From: Negaprion brevirostris
Lineage: Eukaryota
Direction: 5' to 3'
NCBI GenBank assembly: GCA_030324005.1
Contig: JARDVH010000193.1
Coordinates: 94,808,905-94,872,904, forward strand
Length of the DNA stretch: 64,000 nucleotides
Position numbers and translations under genes: made by a program. The notes under the pieces were generated by a model. The model was not told where the DNA came from and made no database searches. It saw nothing but the letters and a program-made list of their open reading frames with translations. Below, piece by piece: positions 41,101 to 51,804 of the stretch (the first letter of the stretch is position 1; each line of letters begins with the position of its first letter).

Positions 41101-44100
41101 TTCAGATTTCCAGCATCCACAGTACTTTGCTTTTGTTTATATTGAAACTACAAGTTCCAATGTAGTTGGGAACCTGCTGCTGTAAATATTATCGAACTTC
41201 AGAGTATTGGTATTCCGAACTGTAGGGGTTAAAATAGATCTACCTAAGTAGCCTCTACATCCTATCTTTTCAATTCATTCATGCAATATGAGCGTCAATG
41301 GCACACACTGTACTTGTTGCACTGTACTTATCCCTAATTGTTCTTGAGAAGGTGATAGTGTGCTGCCTTTTTGAATACAACTAAGTGGCTTGCAAGGCTC
41401 TTTCAGAGGGTAGTTAAGAATCAACTATATTGGTTGTAGGTATGGGGTCATATACAGACAAGACCTGATAAGGACAACAGATTTGCTTCCCGAAGGAACA
41501 TTAGCAAACATAAGAACATAAGAAATAGGAGCAGGAGTAGGCCATCTAGTCCTTTGAGCCTGCCCTGCCATTCAATAAGATCATGGCNNNNNNNNNNNNN
41601 NNNNNNNNNNNNNNNNNNNNNNNNNNNNNNNNNNNNNNNNNNNNNNNNNNNNNNNNNNNNNNNNNNNNNNNNNNNNNNNNNNNNNNNTCAAACGCCTTCT
41701 GAAAATCAAGAAAGACCACATCCACCGGCTCTCCTCTATCCACCGCCCTAGACACATCCTCATAAAACTCCAATAAATTTGTCAGACATGACCTCCCCTT
41801 AACGAAACAGTTGATACTTTTAAAACAATTGGGTAGTTTCATGCTCATCATGACAGATTCTAGCATTTTTTTTCAGATTTGTTTAATTGAATTTAAATTT
41901 GGATTTGAACTTGTGCACTGTACCACAATCCTTATAACTTTGAATCTGTGTATATGTACTCTGCTTAACATTGTTGCAGATTTTTCAATGCCGCTACTAA
42001 CCCCAATTGACCTCTCAGTACTTTACAGAGTATGGACCTGATTATGTTCTAGAAATCACCCGAAGCTGTAGGACTGACCAGAATGATCCCCAGCGGATTG
42101 AGCAGATACTTAACACCATCCGAGGTGAGCACTGTGTACTGTCATGAAATTCAGAAAAGCAGATGAGCTCATATCAAATTGATGGTGAATTTTCTGAATG
42201 TGTTCAGGACAGTTTCCTGGAACTATCACGGGGTGGGCCATACTGGAGTTAAAAATAAGTAATGAGCTGGATCTATTTAGTAGCCTAATCTGGCATGACA
42301 TTTATCCATTAGCACCCTAATATGATTGAGTACATTGTCCTGTTTGAATGGGAGAGAGGCGAAACAGCTACAAAGATTCAATTAAGGTTGACTTCAACAG
42401 GATGAGGCAGATGCTGCCTGCAGTAACATGGTCAAATCTGTTTATGGCTAAAACTGTAGAAGATCAGTGGCGGTGTTCAAATTATAATTTGGTGATACAA
42501 ATAATACTACTAAGGGGCAGGAGCTCGACCTGCCAAGAAAAAAATAATTGATGACTAAATTGAATCAACGATGACATAAAACTAATTTAGAAAATAATTC
42601 CCAGAACTCTGTATGTGAATCCCTCAAATTGGGTTTCACCTCTGCAAAAGTCCTGAAACAGCTTTTATCAAACTCGCAAATTACATCTTGTGTGACTTTG
42701 ACAGGTGAACATTCCTCCTGTTCTTCCTTGGCCTATCTGTTGGCTTTGACACAGTTTGACCACATTATCTTCCTCCATGCTTCTCCATTGTCATCCAGCT
42801 AGGTGGAACTGTACTCACCCATTTTCATTCTTGCCTACCTAAATGTAGTCAGAGGTTTTTCTTCCCATTTTTATACTATTCCTGAGGTATGCCTCACAAA
42901 CTTATCCTTGACACCCTTCTTTTTCTCATGTACATACCATCATTCAGCAACATCGTCACAGGGTGGCACAGTGGTTAGCACTGCTGCCTCACAGCGCCAG
43001 AGACCTGGGTTCAATTTCCAGCTTGGGTCACTGTCTTTGCGGAGACTGCTGTACTTGTGTCTGCATGGGTTTTCTCTAGATGCTCCAGTTTCTTCTTTCA
43101 GTCCAAAAGACTTGCTAGTTAGGTGCATTAGCCATGCTAAATTCTCCCTCAGTGTACCTGGACAGGCGTGGAGTGTGGGAGCTAGGGGATTTTCATGGTA
43201 ACTTCATTGCAGTGTTAATGTAAGCCTACTTGTGACACCAATAAATAAATTTTTAAAAAAACGCCTCTCTCCCATTCAATCAGGACAATGTACTCAATCA
43301 TATTAGGGTGCTAATGGATAATTGTCATGCCACATTAGGCTATTAAATAGATCCAGCTCATTACTTATTTTTAAACAATGCTGTCCATAAATTCACACGT
43401 ATGGCAATGATACCCATCTCGACCTCACCTCTGCCTCTCTCAATTGCTTCACCGCTTATAAATCAATGTCAGCCAAGCAGTTTATTCAGTATTGGATGAG
43501 CAAAAAGAATCTCCAACTAAATATAAGGAAGACTAAAACTGTTTTTTTTGGGTCCCAATTCCAAATTCTTTTCCCTAATCCCCTGACTCCATTCTTCTCA
43601 CTAGCATTTGGTATGTTGCTGAATCATATTGTTCACAACCTTGATGTTATATTGGATCTAAAAATGAGCTTCTTAACACATAACCTGTGCCATCACTAAG
43701 ACTATTTTCACCTCTGTAACATCAGACACCTTCATTGTCTCAGCTCACCTGCTGCTGAAACCCTCATCCATGCTTTTGTTATCACTTGGCTATTTGAATG
43801 CATTGATGGCTGGCCTTTCACATTCTCTCCTTGCTAAAGGTCATCCAAAACTCTGCCTGTGTTCTTACTTTCACTAAGTCCCATTTGTCTGTCACCCCTA
43901 TGAACACTGACCCACCTTGGCTTCCATTAGGCAACATAGAAACATAGAAAAGCTATAGCATAATACAGGCCTTTCCACTCACAGTTGTGCCGAACCTGTC
44001 CCTACCTTAGAGATTACTAGGCTTACCTATAACCCTCTATCTTACTAAGTTCCATGTACTTATCTATAGAGACATAGATTTAAACATAGATTTATCTATG

Positions 44101-47100
44101 GAAACATCTTGATTTAAAATTCTCATCCTTGTTTTCAATTCCCTGCAATGTCTCGACCCTTCTGTAAACTTCTTCCAGCCCCATAACATTCCAAGATATC
44201 AGCACTCCTCACATTCTGGTCACATGAACATCCCTATTTATCAGTGGTCATCCCTTCAACTGCGAAGGCCCTAAATTCTGGAATTCACTCTGAACGCCTC
44301 TCTGCCTCTCTAGCCCTCCTTCACGTTGCTCCTTTAAAAATTACCTCATCTGTCCTAAATGTCCTTACATTGCTTTTTGTCAAATTTTGCTTTAAAACTC
44401 TGCTATTAAGTGCCTAGGGCTGTTTTATTTAATTAGGATTGCTGTGTAAATGTAAGTTGTAGAAAATACGCACAAAATCCTTATGAATAGCAAATGCATA
44501 AAGAACAGAAATGGGTGACAAAATATAGTAAGAGCTACAAAGGAGTATGAAAATAAACTTGAGGGAAATCAAATTAACGCTACTGAAGAAAATAATGGCC
44601 AGAAATATAGGCACCCTTACCTGGCCAATGAATGACCACTTTAAGGTTACTTCCTGCCACAGCTGGTAGCTTACTGGTGGCAAGGGTGCCCATACCACAT
44701 GCGACGCTGTCAAGTAAAGGTTGGTAGTAGGGCAGCTGGCTTGGCTGTGAGATGGTTGGGGGTTCCTCCTGCTCAGGAAACCTATACCTAATGAAACCGT
44801 CTCCCCATTGCAACAGAAATGGCTGCCCCTGCTTCACACTCCACCCCCTTGTCTCTCAATCAGGCCCTTTCATCCCTCCCCTCACTGGGACCTGCTTGAC
44901 TGGCTCTGATGAAGCCTTCAGGAACATTCCATGACTTGACTGCAGCCCAGCAGTGATCACTGCTTATGGACATGTTGCTGGTCATCTGGAGGTAGGATAT
45001 TCTCACGTACAGGGACAAAAGCTATACCCTCAGGCAGCTAACTGCCTAACAACTATAAAATCTGTTAGTGGTTTCCCAGGCCAGAGGACGTGGGCTCACT
45101 CCTGACTTTTCACCAAGTGGTCAGGGCCAAAACCATCAAACATTCCAACCAATGTCACTGAAGATTGCTAAATCTTAGACAGATTTCACATTAGGATTTT
45201 AAAGGAAATAGACAAGAAAATTGCAGGTGCCTTTACTGTAATTTTCCAAAGGAATTATTTCTTTAGATTGGAAAATTCCTAATGTAATTCCACTATTTAA
45301 GAAAGGCGATAGAAGAAAACCAGCGAGTCATAGACTAGATAACCAACATCTGTTGTCAGCAAGTTATTAAAGTTTATAATTTAGCAAAGGGTCACTGAAC
45401 ATATGGAAGGCTTTCGCTGATAGTAGAGAATAATCATGGTAAAATAGGTCATGCCTGATAAACCTGTTTGGTTTTGTTTTTGAAAAGGTAACTGAAATGG
45501 TGTACAAGAGAATCTCGATGGACATCGTTTATGTAGTCTTTCAGAAGATAAAATCCTTGATAAGAAATTGGTAGCTAAGCTTGGAAGTCCATGAAATAAC
45601 TGACTCGGTTAGGAAATCGGCTAAATAGTGGGTGATAGAACGTAGGCTGAATAGACAGATAATCTAAATAGCAGTGCTGACTAGTGCTGGGTTCTCAACT
45701 GTTCACAACATTCACCCGACTCTGCAATTGAGAGTCACGTTTTCAAGCTTGCCAATTCCACAAAGCTGGGAAGCATTGTAAGCAGTGCTGATGAAGCATT
45801 AAATTACAAAGAAATTAAGTAATTGAGCAAAACTCTGGCAAATGGATTTCAATATAGACAAGTGGGAGCTCTCCACTTTGTATATGAAGAGATAGAAAAA
45901 AGTGTTGTATAAATCATGCAAAGCTAGAAACAATGGCTGTCCAAAGAGAATGAGAGCCCATGTATTAGATTATTACATATTACAAACAGGTACAAAGATA
46001 ATCAAAAAGTGTGTGGAATACTGGTGTTTGTGTCCAGAAGATTAGAATGTAAGAGGCTTGTAGTTATGCCACAGCTATACAAAGCCTTAGTTTGACTCAG
46101 CTGGAATGCTGTGTTCAGTTCAAACTGATTTATTCGTCTTGGAGGGAGTGTAGTTCAAAGTTATTAGAGAACATGGCCTGAAAATAAGAGCTATGCCTTT
46201 CTGGAGTTAAATTAGGAAACACTTCTACTTGCAAAGGAAGCTTTGAACTCGCTTCTGCAAAATGCAGTTGTTAATTTTAAAACTGAGATTGTTGGATTTC
46301 AGTTGAAAGGATTTCAAGAAAATGGAACAAAAGTTGGAGAACGGAGTTAGTTCGTAGATGGGGTATGACATCACTGAATGTTGGAACTGACCTGAGTGGC
46401 TAACTGACATACTCCTGTGTTCCAAAAGGTGGAATCACGGGTCAGCGCTGGTTATAATGGGTACTGGGTCATGGGCTTCCTTAAGGAGGTGTCTTTTTCC
46501 ATTCTGGATTTCTGGTCTGAGGGACACAAAATTAAATCAGGATATCCATTTTCTAGTTAGGCAGAGAAATTCTACAGTAATCATAAGAGTTTGAGTGACT
46601 CCAAGATGGTTGTACTTCCAATTTTCTTTCATGGTCCTATTATTGGGAATTTTCCTGTCACCTTTTCAATACTGAACTTGCCCATAAAAGTATGGCTAGG
46701 ATTAGAGTTCAACGGTAGAAGATCAAACTTTTTCCCCTCAATCATCAATGGTTAAGTTTACTGGCATAGTGTTCTGTTGATAAAACCCTTCTTTCCAGAA
46801 GTATTTATTTATACAACATCTTTACTGCTGATGTTCCAAGGCACTTCACAGGACTATTATCAATCAATATTTCACAAACTTAATAAGTGATTAAACTGTA
46901 TAGCTATCCTCTGAAGTTGGACTTATCTTCTACTTGCCAAGGTGCTATGATCTGAGTATTGGGAAAGTTAGCTGGATTACATTTTTTAAGATAATGTCAG
47001 ATTTGTTGCAAAGAAATGTAAGCTGCTCAAATTTACTTCCACAACAATGATCAGTCCAACCTCACTGTTTGGGGTCCGGAAAAGGTCTATCAAGAAGCTA

Positions 47101-48596
47101 AACTGAAATTACATCTATAGTTTACAACCTATCCTTTTGAAGTGGAAGCATTTTACTTCCTGTTTAAATGTGGCACAGTAAGCGCCATAGACCCAGGTTC
47201 GATCCCTGGTTGGGTCACTATATTTGCGGTGTTTTCACGTTTTCCTCTGTGTGGGTTTCCTCCCACAGCTGAAAAGACGTGCTCCTTGCAACATTGGAAA
47301 TTAAAACCTAAGATCTGTTGTGCAACCTCAATATGGACAGCCAACATAAAATGCACTGAGAGCTTCCATAGCAGTAATCCATAAGTCTCATTAGGTGTAC
47401 AAATAATAACATTAAGAAACTGTCCCACAATATAACTGGTGAACCTGAGCATCGCCGCGGCCCAAGAGTCTCTTTTTGGACCTTGTGCTGTTGAGGAAGC
47501 CATGATTATAAGAAAACTCACCCTGGCACCCTAGTCCATTGTCACCTTTGTCTAACTCTGTCTGCTCTCCTTTTGTTTAAACTTTCTGAAAAATCCCTAT
47601 TAGCATTCAAAATTCAGGTTTCATGAGCACCAGCAAATTATTCAAATTGACCAGTATGTGCTATCTGGCAATATCAGATCATTACTTCACAGGTGCATGG
47701 AATATCTTAGCAGCATTGCTGGCAAGTCTGCAAAATGAGATTTTCATTGCATCTGGCTGTAGCTAATCATGCAAAAATATACTTTTGTGAGCTTGTAATA
47801 GTGGGTATAGCCAAGCATAAGTCTTGTTTCTCTAAGCATACCGTACAAAATGCAACCTGAACCCAGGAAATGCACTTGTTTAACATGTTAACTGTCAAGA
47901 ATGCATTTCTGCAAGTACCATATGCTTGGTGGTGCAATCGTTCAAAGTGCAAAAGCAGAAGGTGATGCTTGAATGCCATTAGTCTTAAACAACATTATAT
48001 AAACTTATTAAAATTTTCCTATATCAGGAGTTAGCTATTGGGCCTTCCTGATAGTTTGATAAATTGAAAATTCAAGTTAATTAAAATTGACTGTTTTGGA
48101 TTGTGTTCAATCTATTTCTTCATTAAAAGTTTGCACTGACTAGGTGATCTGAGTATATCCTGGACCTAAATTGGAATTAGTGCTATTGAATGGTGCAGTT
48201 AAAAAGATTGAAACACTGCTTGCACACAGATAGAGACATGCGTCCCATCTTCCCAATAATTGGAAACAGGAACTTGCCATCTAATTAGCCATATTCTGAC
48301 ACCACAGCAGTAAGCATGATCTCTGTTCTAATGGTAATACAGAAATAATCCTTCTAAAAACCTGTCATGGTTGTATGATTTAACATTCATCATTACTATC
48401 TATTTCTGCACTTTACTGAGAATACTCCTAGATTTGCTAAAGTGAAGATCTGACTTTGTTTGATTCACACTTTTCTGCATGTGTTCTGAAGCTAATATGC
48501 TGGTGGCGTCGTGCTATGAACCAGGGAGGGCAAAAGTTTATGTAAAAATATTGTTTTTGTGTGTGTTTTCCAGGAAATTTGAAGAATGTAATTTAG
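2087..48596 (+). CDS. HDAC8: HDAC8 gene model, 5'-partial: join(2087-2139, 8979-9109, 14497-14638, 19024-19136, 24463-24540, 24631-24739, 34396-34568, <35626-35659, 42019-42124, 48574-48596)
   Basis: Ten exons translated by hand splice in frame into a class I HDAC with HDAC8-specific sequence ([76 protein letters not shown]). Exon sizes and phases match human HDAC8 as recalled. Confidence 0.97.
2820..3215 (-). mobile_element. CR1 LINE 3' fragment
   Basis: ORF 2923..3222 reads [19 protein letters not shown], resembling the CR1 ORF2 C-terminal LE.RRLRGDLI.V.KIM.G motif. Confidence 0.65.
3904..4586. mobile_element. Non-autonomous TIR element (Harbinger-type MITE)
   Basis: Imperfect terminal inverted repeats gggtgggattctccca ... 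tgggagaattatccc around a GC-rich interior with no real ORF. Confidence 0.6.
4960..5870 (-). mobile_element. Highly decayed CR1 RT-region fragment
   Basis: Remnants such as gccgacccctgtggt and ttgtgagacatgacct parallel the better-preserved CR1 copies in the window. Confidence 0.5.
6146..6890 (-). mobile_element. Rex1/Babar-type LINE 3' fragment nested in a CR1-group LINE
   Basis: ORF 6504..6869 reads [23 protein letters not shown]...[25 protein letters not shown]. The 3' end is an (ATCAA)n-type tail. The host LINE continues at 6088-6145 and 6915-7470. Confidence 0.8.
6915..7470 (-). mobile_element. CR1-group LINE 3' fragment
   Basis: ORF 7140..7346 reads QVRDVMEY...AAPTTLKKL. Similar to the copy at 1-512. 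Confidence 0.7.
7620..8853 (+). mobile_element. CR1 (HER1-like) LINE ORF2 fragment
   Basis: ORF 8198..8389 reads [24 protein letters not shown]-like motif lies at ~8527. Confidence 0.8.
8979..9109 (+). CDS. HDAC8: HDAC8 exon 3 ([44 protein letters not shown])
   Basis: caacag| acceptor, |gtgagc donor, 131 nt. Confidence 0.96.
11610..11885. repeat. Probable dispersed repeat, possibly a Penelope-like terminal sequence
   Basis: Resembles a recurrent shark repeat from memory (tgcctgatttaaatttcaaacaatgcttggcag ... ctgatgag). Not verifiable here. Confidence 0.3.
13780..14345 (+). mobile_element. Old SINE-like repeat interrupted by the U2-derived insert
   Basis: The flanks (ttagctaatctcagc... and gttggttgaggaccagattg...caacaaggactcagcacc) resemble the two halves of a shark SINE recalled from memory. 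Confidence 0.4.
13926..14120 (+). pseudogene. Divergent, near full-length U2 snRNA-derived repeat
   Basis: Exact CCTTTTGGCTAAGAT at 13940-13954. Downstream blocks are colinear with U2: gtttcttgtcag, tatgtctctcatgtgaggac, gattttggaccaag, gggcttgccttgtccactctgcacattg. Confidence 0.75.
14497..14638 (+). CDS. HDAC8: HDAC8 exon 4 ([47 protein letters not shown])
   Basis: tttcag| acceptor, |gtgagt donor, 142 nt. Contains D101 and the catalytic H142/H143 equivalents. Confidence 0.97.
15700..16275 (+). mobile_element. CR1 LINE ORF2 fragment
   Basis: ORF 15850..16278 reads [10 protein letters not shown]...[12 protein letters not shown]...[10 protein letters not shown]...VPEDWRV. Confidence 0.9.
16867..17035 (-). 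mobile_element. Young CR1 LINE fragment next to a gap
   Basis: Reads [11 protein letters not shown]...[34 protein letters not shown]. Confidence 0.9.
18505..18745 (+). mobile_element. Young CR1 LINE collapsed across a gap
   Basis: [16 protein letters not shown] before the gap and the CR1 tail ggcctactcctgctcctatttcttatgttcttatg after it. Confidence 0.85.
19024..19136 (+). CDS. HDAC8: HDAC8 exon 5 ([38 protein letters not shown])
   Basis: Polypyrimidine tract plus aag| acceptor, |gtaaga donor, 113 nt. Contains the Zn ligands D178/H180. Confidence 0.97.
19485..19855 (-). mobile_element. Decayed CR1 3' end
   Basis: Tail catatgaataggagtgtaagtatgccatt followed by typical CR1 3' sequence. Confidence 0.6.
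22320..23358 (+). mobile_element. Decayed CR1 ORF2 endonuclease-region fragment
   Basis: ORF 22769..23008 reads [10 protein letters not shown]...SDDNMIE. An IAITET-like motif lies near 22415. Confidence 0.7.
23359..24316. mobile_element. Solo LTR (958 bp)
   Basis: Begins TGTTACAA and ends TTATGACA. Flanked by an exact 6-bp direct repeat ATATGT (23353-23358 and 24317-24322). Confidence 0.65.
24463..24540 (+). CDS. HDAC8: HDAC8 exon 6 ([26 protein letters not shown])
   Basis: ctgcag| acceptor, |gtaggt donor, 78 nt. Confidence 0.97.
24631..24739 (+). CDS. HDAC8: HDAC8 exon 7 ([36 protein letters not shown])
   Basis: cccaag| acceptor, |gtagga donor, 109 nt. The preceding intron is only 90 nt. 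Confidence 0.96.
25618..26340. mobile_element. Possible solo LTR
   Basis: TGTTACA...CTCACA termini and LTR-like composition. No clear TSD. Confidence 0.35.
26441..27149. mobile_element. Decayed non-autonomous TIR element (Harbinger-type)
   Basis: Imperfect TIRs tgactgaatttt ... aaagttcagccc around a GC-richer interior. Confidence 0.45.
27778..28262 (-). mobile_element. Young CR1 LINE (gap-collapsed) nested in a CR1-group LINE 3' end (27712-28410)
   Basis: Tail agaacataagaacgtaagaaataggagcagg. ORF reads [21 protein letters not shown]...[20 protein letters not shown]. Confidence 0.9.
29501..30330. mobile_element. Decayed Harbinger-type non-autonomous element (similar pieces at ~32485-33180, 36810-37180, 44600-45150, 54590-54687)
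   Basis: Termini resemble GGGCTGGATTTT, with shared interior motifs (ggccaattaaa, cagtcccagcagt-like). Confidence 0.4.
34396..34568 (+). CDS. HDAC8: HDAC8 exon 8 ([58 protein letters not shown])
   Basis: cattag| acceptor, |gtgagt donor, 173 nt. Corresponds to ORF 34397..34603. Contains the Zn ligand D267 and the HDAC8-specific M274. Confidence 0.98.
35626..35659 (+). CDS. HDAC8: HDAC8 exon 9, 3' part only ([11 protein letters not shown]); 5' part lies in the N gap 35527-35625
   Basis: aaa acc ctg tcc tcg gag agt ccg gat cat gag|gtaaag matches human KTLSSEIPDHE with a phase-0 donor. Confidence 0.88.
36488..36806 (+). mobile_element. tRNA-headed V-SINE (HE1-like) with CR1-type tail
   Basis: A/B-box head (gtggcacagtagtt...ggtttgattcc), conserved core, and tail ggcctccttctgcactgtagggattc. 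Confidence 0.85.
37183..37504 (-). mobile_element. V-SINE (HE1-like)
   Basis: Reverse complement of the same head and core. Confidence 0.85.
37615..37810. repeat. Palindromic Penelope-like repeat (partial copies at 3258-3360 and 41075-41135)
   Basis: The arms acagaaaatgctg...cagcaggtctggcaacatc and gatgctgccagatctgctgag...cagcattttctgt are inverted relative to each other. Confidence 0.6.
39966..40217 (+). mobile_element. V-SINE with internal deletions
   Basis: Head, core and CR1-type tail are all recognisable. Confidence 0.75.
40349..40422. repeat. Perfect 30-bp inverted repeat with a 14-nt loop
   Basis: acgggggagctaagagacataaagcaagaa and ttcttgctttatgtctcttagctcccccgt are exact reverse complements. 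Confidence 0.95.
41270..41950 (-). mobile_element. tRNA-SINE (family of 52928-53298) interrupted by a young CR1 (41508-41810, -)
   Basis: SINE core lies on both sides of the CR1 tail and RT motif [13 protein letters not shown]...[12 protein letters not shown]. Confidence 0.7.
42019..42124 (+). CDS. HDAC8: HDAC8 exon 10 ([36 protein letters not shown])
   Basis: tctcag| acceptor, |gtgagc donor, 106 nt. Confidence 0.96.
42250..43373. repeat. 112-bp inverted duplication (42250-42361 vs 43262-43373)
   Basis: Manual alignment gives 4 mismatches in 112 bp. Confidence 0.92.
42640..44460 (+). mobile_element. Decayed L2 LINE 3' part with nested insertions (SINE at 42961; CR1 tail at 43935-44100)
   Basis: YADD-like remnant at ~43400, [23 protein letters not shown], and tail tgtaaatgtaagttgt. 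Confidence 0.7.
42961..43261 (+). mobile_element. V-SINE with the alternative (type B) tail
   Basis: Same head and core, but the tail is cttcattgcagtgttaatgtaagcctacttgtgacaccaataaa. Confidence 0.85.
45150..46420 (+). mobile_element. Decayed CR1 ORF2 and 3' end
   Basis: Remnants gattggaaaattcctaatgtaattccactatttaagaaagg through to the tail atactcctgtgttcc. Confidence 0.7.
47170..47290 (+). mobile_element. Truncated V-SINE
   Basis: tggcacagt...cccaggttcgatccctggttgggtcact...gtgggtttcctcccacag. Confidence 0.65.
48574..48596 (+). CDS. HDAC8: HDAC8 last coding exon (G-NLKNVI*)
   Basis: ttttccag| then ga aat ttg aag aat gta att tag, followed by an in-frame taa. Human ends GNLKHVV*. Confidence 0.9.
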
Positions 48597-51500
48597 TAAA
48601 TGGTGGGGAGTGAGCGGAAGGCGATAGAAGCCTTTTAACTGAATGCAGTTTGTGGCTGCTTTAGCTGCAGGGGAAACTTGGACGAAATTACTTGCAAGTT
48701 CCAAGACAACAGATGTTCATTGAGACTCAAAGCTGCAGTTAACCCTTTCTTGTTCAACTATGTGGGACAGAACATCGGACATTCAACAATTGCAGTATCC
48801 TGTTGTATTTGCTTTCCTTATTAACCTCATTATGTTGTAAATATATTTTAACTCATGTTAGTTGCTGCTTTGAAATACAACCTGTAATGGAATTGCAGTT
48901 GATTTTGTGGTTGGCCAAAGAGCCTGCCAATTATATATGCTAGGACATGAGTTGCAGTTTGCTTTCTGTCCTCAGACACAGAGTTAATAACTTGGTCCAA
49001 CTGCAGAGAAATTGCAAAAGTGAATATAAAATTTTATACCAAAATAATCCATGTATTGCTCCAGTGCACTGATTTTCAAGGAAGGATCTGAATATGTTTT
49101 GTCTTTATCTGGCAATTTTCATGACTAAGGGGGTGGGGGGGAGACATGACTCAGTAAAGATCATGGTCTCATTCGAAGTGGGTGGAAGGAAACAGGAAGT
49201 TGAATTTGCCTTCCTCTGGAGCTATTCACGGAGCCTCGTTTAAACTTTGTAGGAATGGTGCATATCATAGAGAAAAGAGGTGGTGCATTTAAATTAGAGC
49301 ATTTTCAGACAAAATGTTAAGTGAACCATCCACTATGACAACTTTTTAAGTTGATCTTTAATTTCTCACTTTGTTTTCTTTGGTTCTGAGAGGATTTTCT
49401 GTAGAATCACATTTCAATCCAAGCATGTATGAATTTTGTATTGTTGTTTACATCCTTTTCCCCTGGGGCCCCTAAGGCAGTCACTCTGTGGTGGGGTAGA
49501 ACTTAGCCCTCCTGCTGACCTAAACAAGCCAATAGTTTGCAGATGCATGGAGTGGCGATGCCAAAAGTAAATATCTCTCAATTTTGTGNNNNNNNNNNNN
49601 NNNNNNNNTGAAAAATATCAGTGAAAATAAATTTTTGGTGTGTGAGATTAAAAAACCAATTTGGAGCAATAGCTGCAAGCTCCATTTTTTTGTTTTTTGA
49701 AGCATTCACAATGAGGAGGACAGCTGCCACCAATTACAAACAGTAATTTTAGTTGATAGACTTACTGGTCAAAATGAATGCCTTTAACTTTGTAACATGG
49801 ATGCCCAACGTGCAGCCATGTGTAACTCTTGAATTTAAGCAGTTTGTCTCATTTCGGTTTATTACATTTGAAGTTAACATGGGTGAAGATTTGGAATAAT
49901 ATTTTTAGTGCTTCAATAAACTAGAACTGTGAGACTTATTATTAACTTGATATGAAAATTAATGGAAAAATGGATATAAACAACGTTATTGGCAAGAAAT
50001 TGGAAATTCCTGTCCAACGGTCAAATGCCAGTTACACTGAGATATCATTCTAATTGTTTCTTCATAAATATCAATATTGGTAGTCTTAAGGGTTTAGTTA
50101 TTAAAAGTTATGATCTTTTTAAATGTATTTGTTTAAATACTGAATTCTGATGTGACAAGAGACCTGGGCAAAGAGATTACTGAGCCCAATACCATGAGGG
50201 AGCTGAATTAACTCCAAAATTTGTACAGTGGCTAATACCAGCTGCTGATTCTAGGCCTAACAAAGCAAAGACTTCTGTAAACTCTCCAACACCTGTATCT
50301 CATGAAATACAAAAGTATACCTCCGTGTTTACCAAGACAGGCAGCTAGGAAGGTCAATTTTCTGGATCTTCCTGGCATTGTGTGGGTCTTGGATAAATCT
50401 AGTAAGTTGACTTTTCTATTTATAAATGGCAGAATGTGATGTGGAAACTAAAAGCTGCTACCTCTACCATGGGCCTAGAATGCCACATAAAAATGGTCAG
50501 AAAAACTGAGCACTGGCTGGCAAGTATTGCTGAGCCCAGCAAAACTAGAGAAGTGAATTAATAGATGTGCCATTTTAAGTGTTGGTAATGTAGAACCTAA
50601 TAATGTTTTAAACACAGTTAAAATAACGATTGCTAGTTATTGTCTCTGCTTCTGTTGATGTAAATTCAACTCCCTCACACATCAAGCACAATAACCTTTA
50701 ACTTCATATCGAGTCATCTAATCAGTTTCCACTAATTATGTAGTTACAAAGAGGCTTTGCTGTTTTGTTGGAGTATGGATAAACTCCACTTCTAGTAACA
50801 TAAAACACACCACATAGAGAGAGAGAGATACTAGGCAAATACTGAACAAGTGAGATTCTTTTCTTGGGCTTGCATTTAATAAGTGCCTTGTCAGTTTTAA
50901 ATACCTGTGCTCTACTCAATGAACTACTTTTGTAGTGCAGTCACTGTTGATTTAGGCCAGCCTAGCAACGACCCACAAACAGCCGTAAGATGATTCCATG
51001 ATTTTTTTCAGTGGTATTGATTGTGGGTGGACTGTTGATTAAAGCACGATCAAAAAAAGATCTGCAAAGAATTAAAACCAACAGAGCAAGAATTAAGTTG
51101 AGCACAGAAAAAAGTAAGAGTGGATAGCAGTAAAGAGGATACACAATAATTGAGCAAATAAATCACGTGAGAAATTTGAATGCTAAAACTAATTAAAAGG
51201 CAGCAGAGTGACAAAATAATGAAAAGGTTGAAATTAGTGAAAGGGTAGAGAAAGAGATGCAGTCCGTTTTCTCATCCTTGTCACCGTAATTTTGCCCCAA
51301 GTATCATTACATCGATGTTAAATTTGTAGGAGAATTAATTGAGCTGGAATTGGCAGTGTTGATATCTGGGCCTAGTCTTCCTAAGTATTCATAATCTGTC
51401 TCTGTTGAGATGTCTGCCGTGCCACATCCTTTATACACTCAGTAAAACATTCCTGCAAAATGTATTTGTTTATTATAATGCAGAACAATGTCTTGAGGGA

Positions 51501-51798
51501 ATTGTCACAGTTCATCTATGGAGGTTAATTTTTTTAAAAAAGGATGCCTCAGTCTTAGCCAATCCATTCATTCACCAGCAGCTCTTGTAATTGCTTGTTT
51601 TTAACACATTCTTTGAAACTAAGTCCTATTTGTGTGTTTCAAACACAAGTTTTTAACTGTACCTCAAGCTTATTAAATAATTTTGTGGCATTTTTACTGA
51701 GAGCCAAGCTCTAAAAGTGTTTTGTACATTGTTCCTGTTACTGTTTCTTATTTTTGCAGTTCTTGTGATGGTCAGAAACTATATACAATGTGGTTATT

Positions 51799-51804
51799 AA
51801 TAAA
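51799..51804 (+). terminator. Candidate distal poly(A) signal of HDAC8 (a proximal candidate AATAAA lies at 49915-49920)
   Basis: AATAAA with upstream TGTA motifs (for example ttttgtaca at ~51720) and a downstream T/GT-rich tract (gtctttgttttc at ~51828), at the end of a repeat-poor stretch. Confidence 0.4.

Noticed and set aside
34569-42018. HDAC8 pseudogene or loss of exon 9
   Set aside because: The 3' end of exon 9 and its donor are present directly after the N gap, and the other exons are intact.
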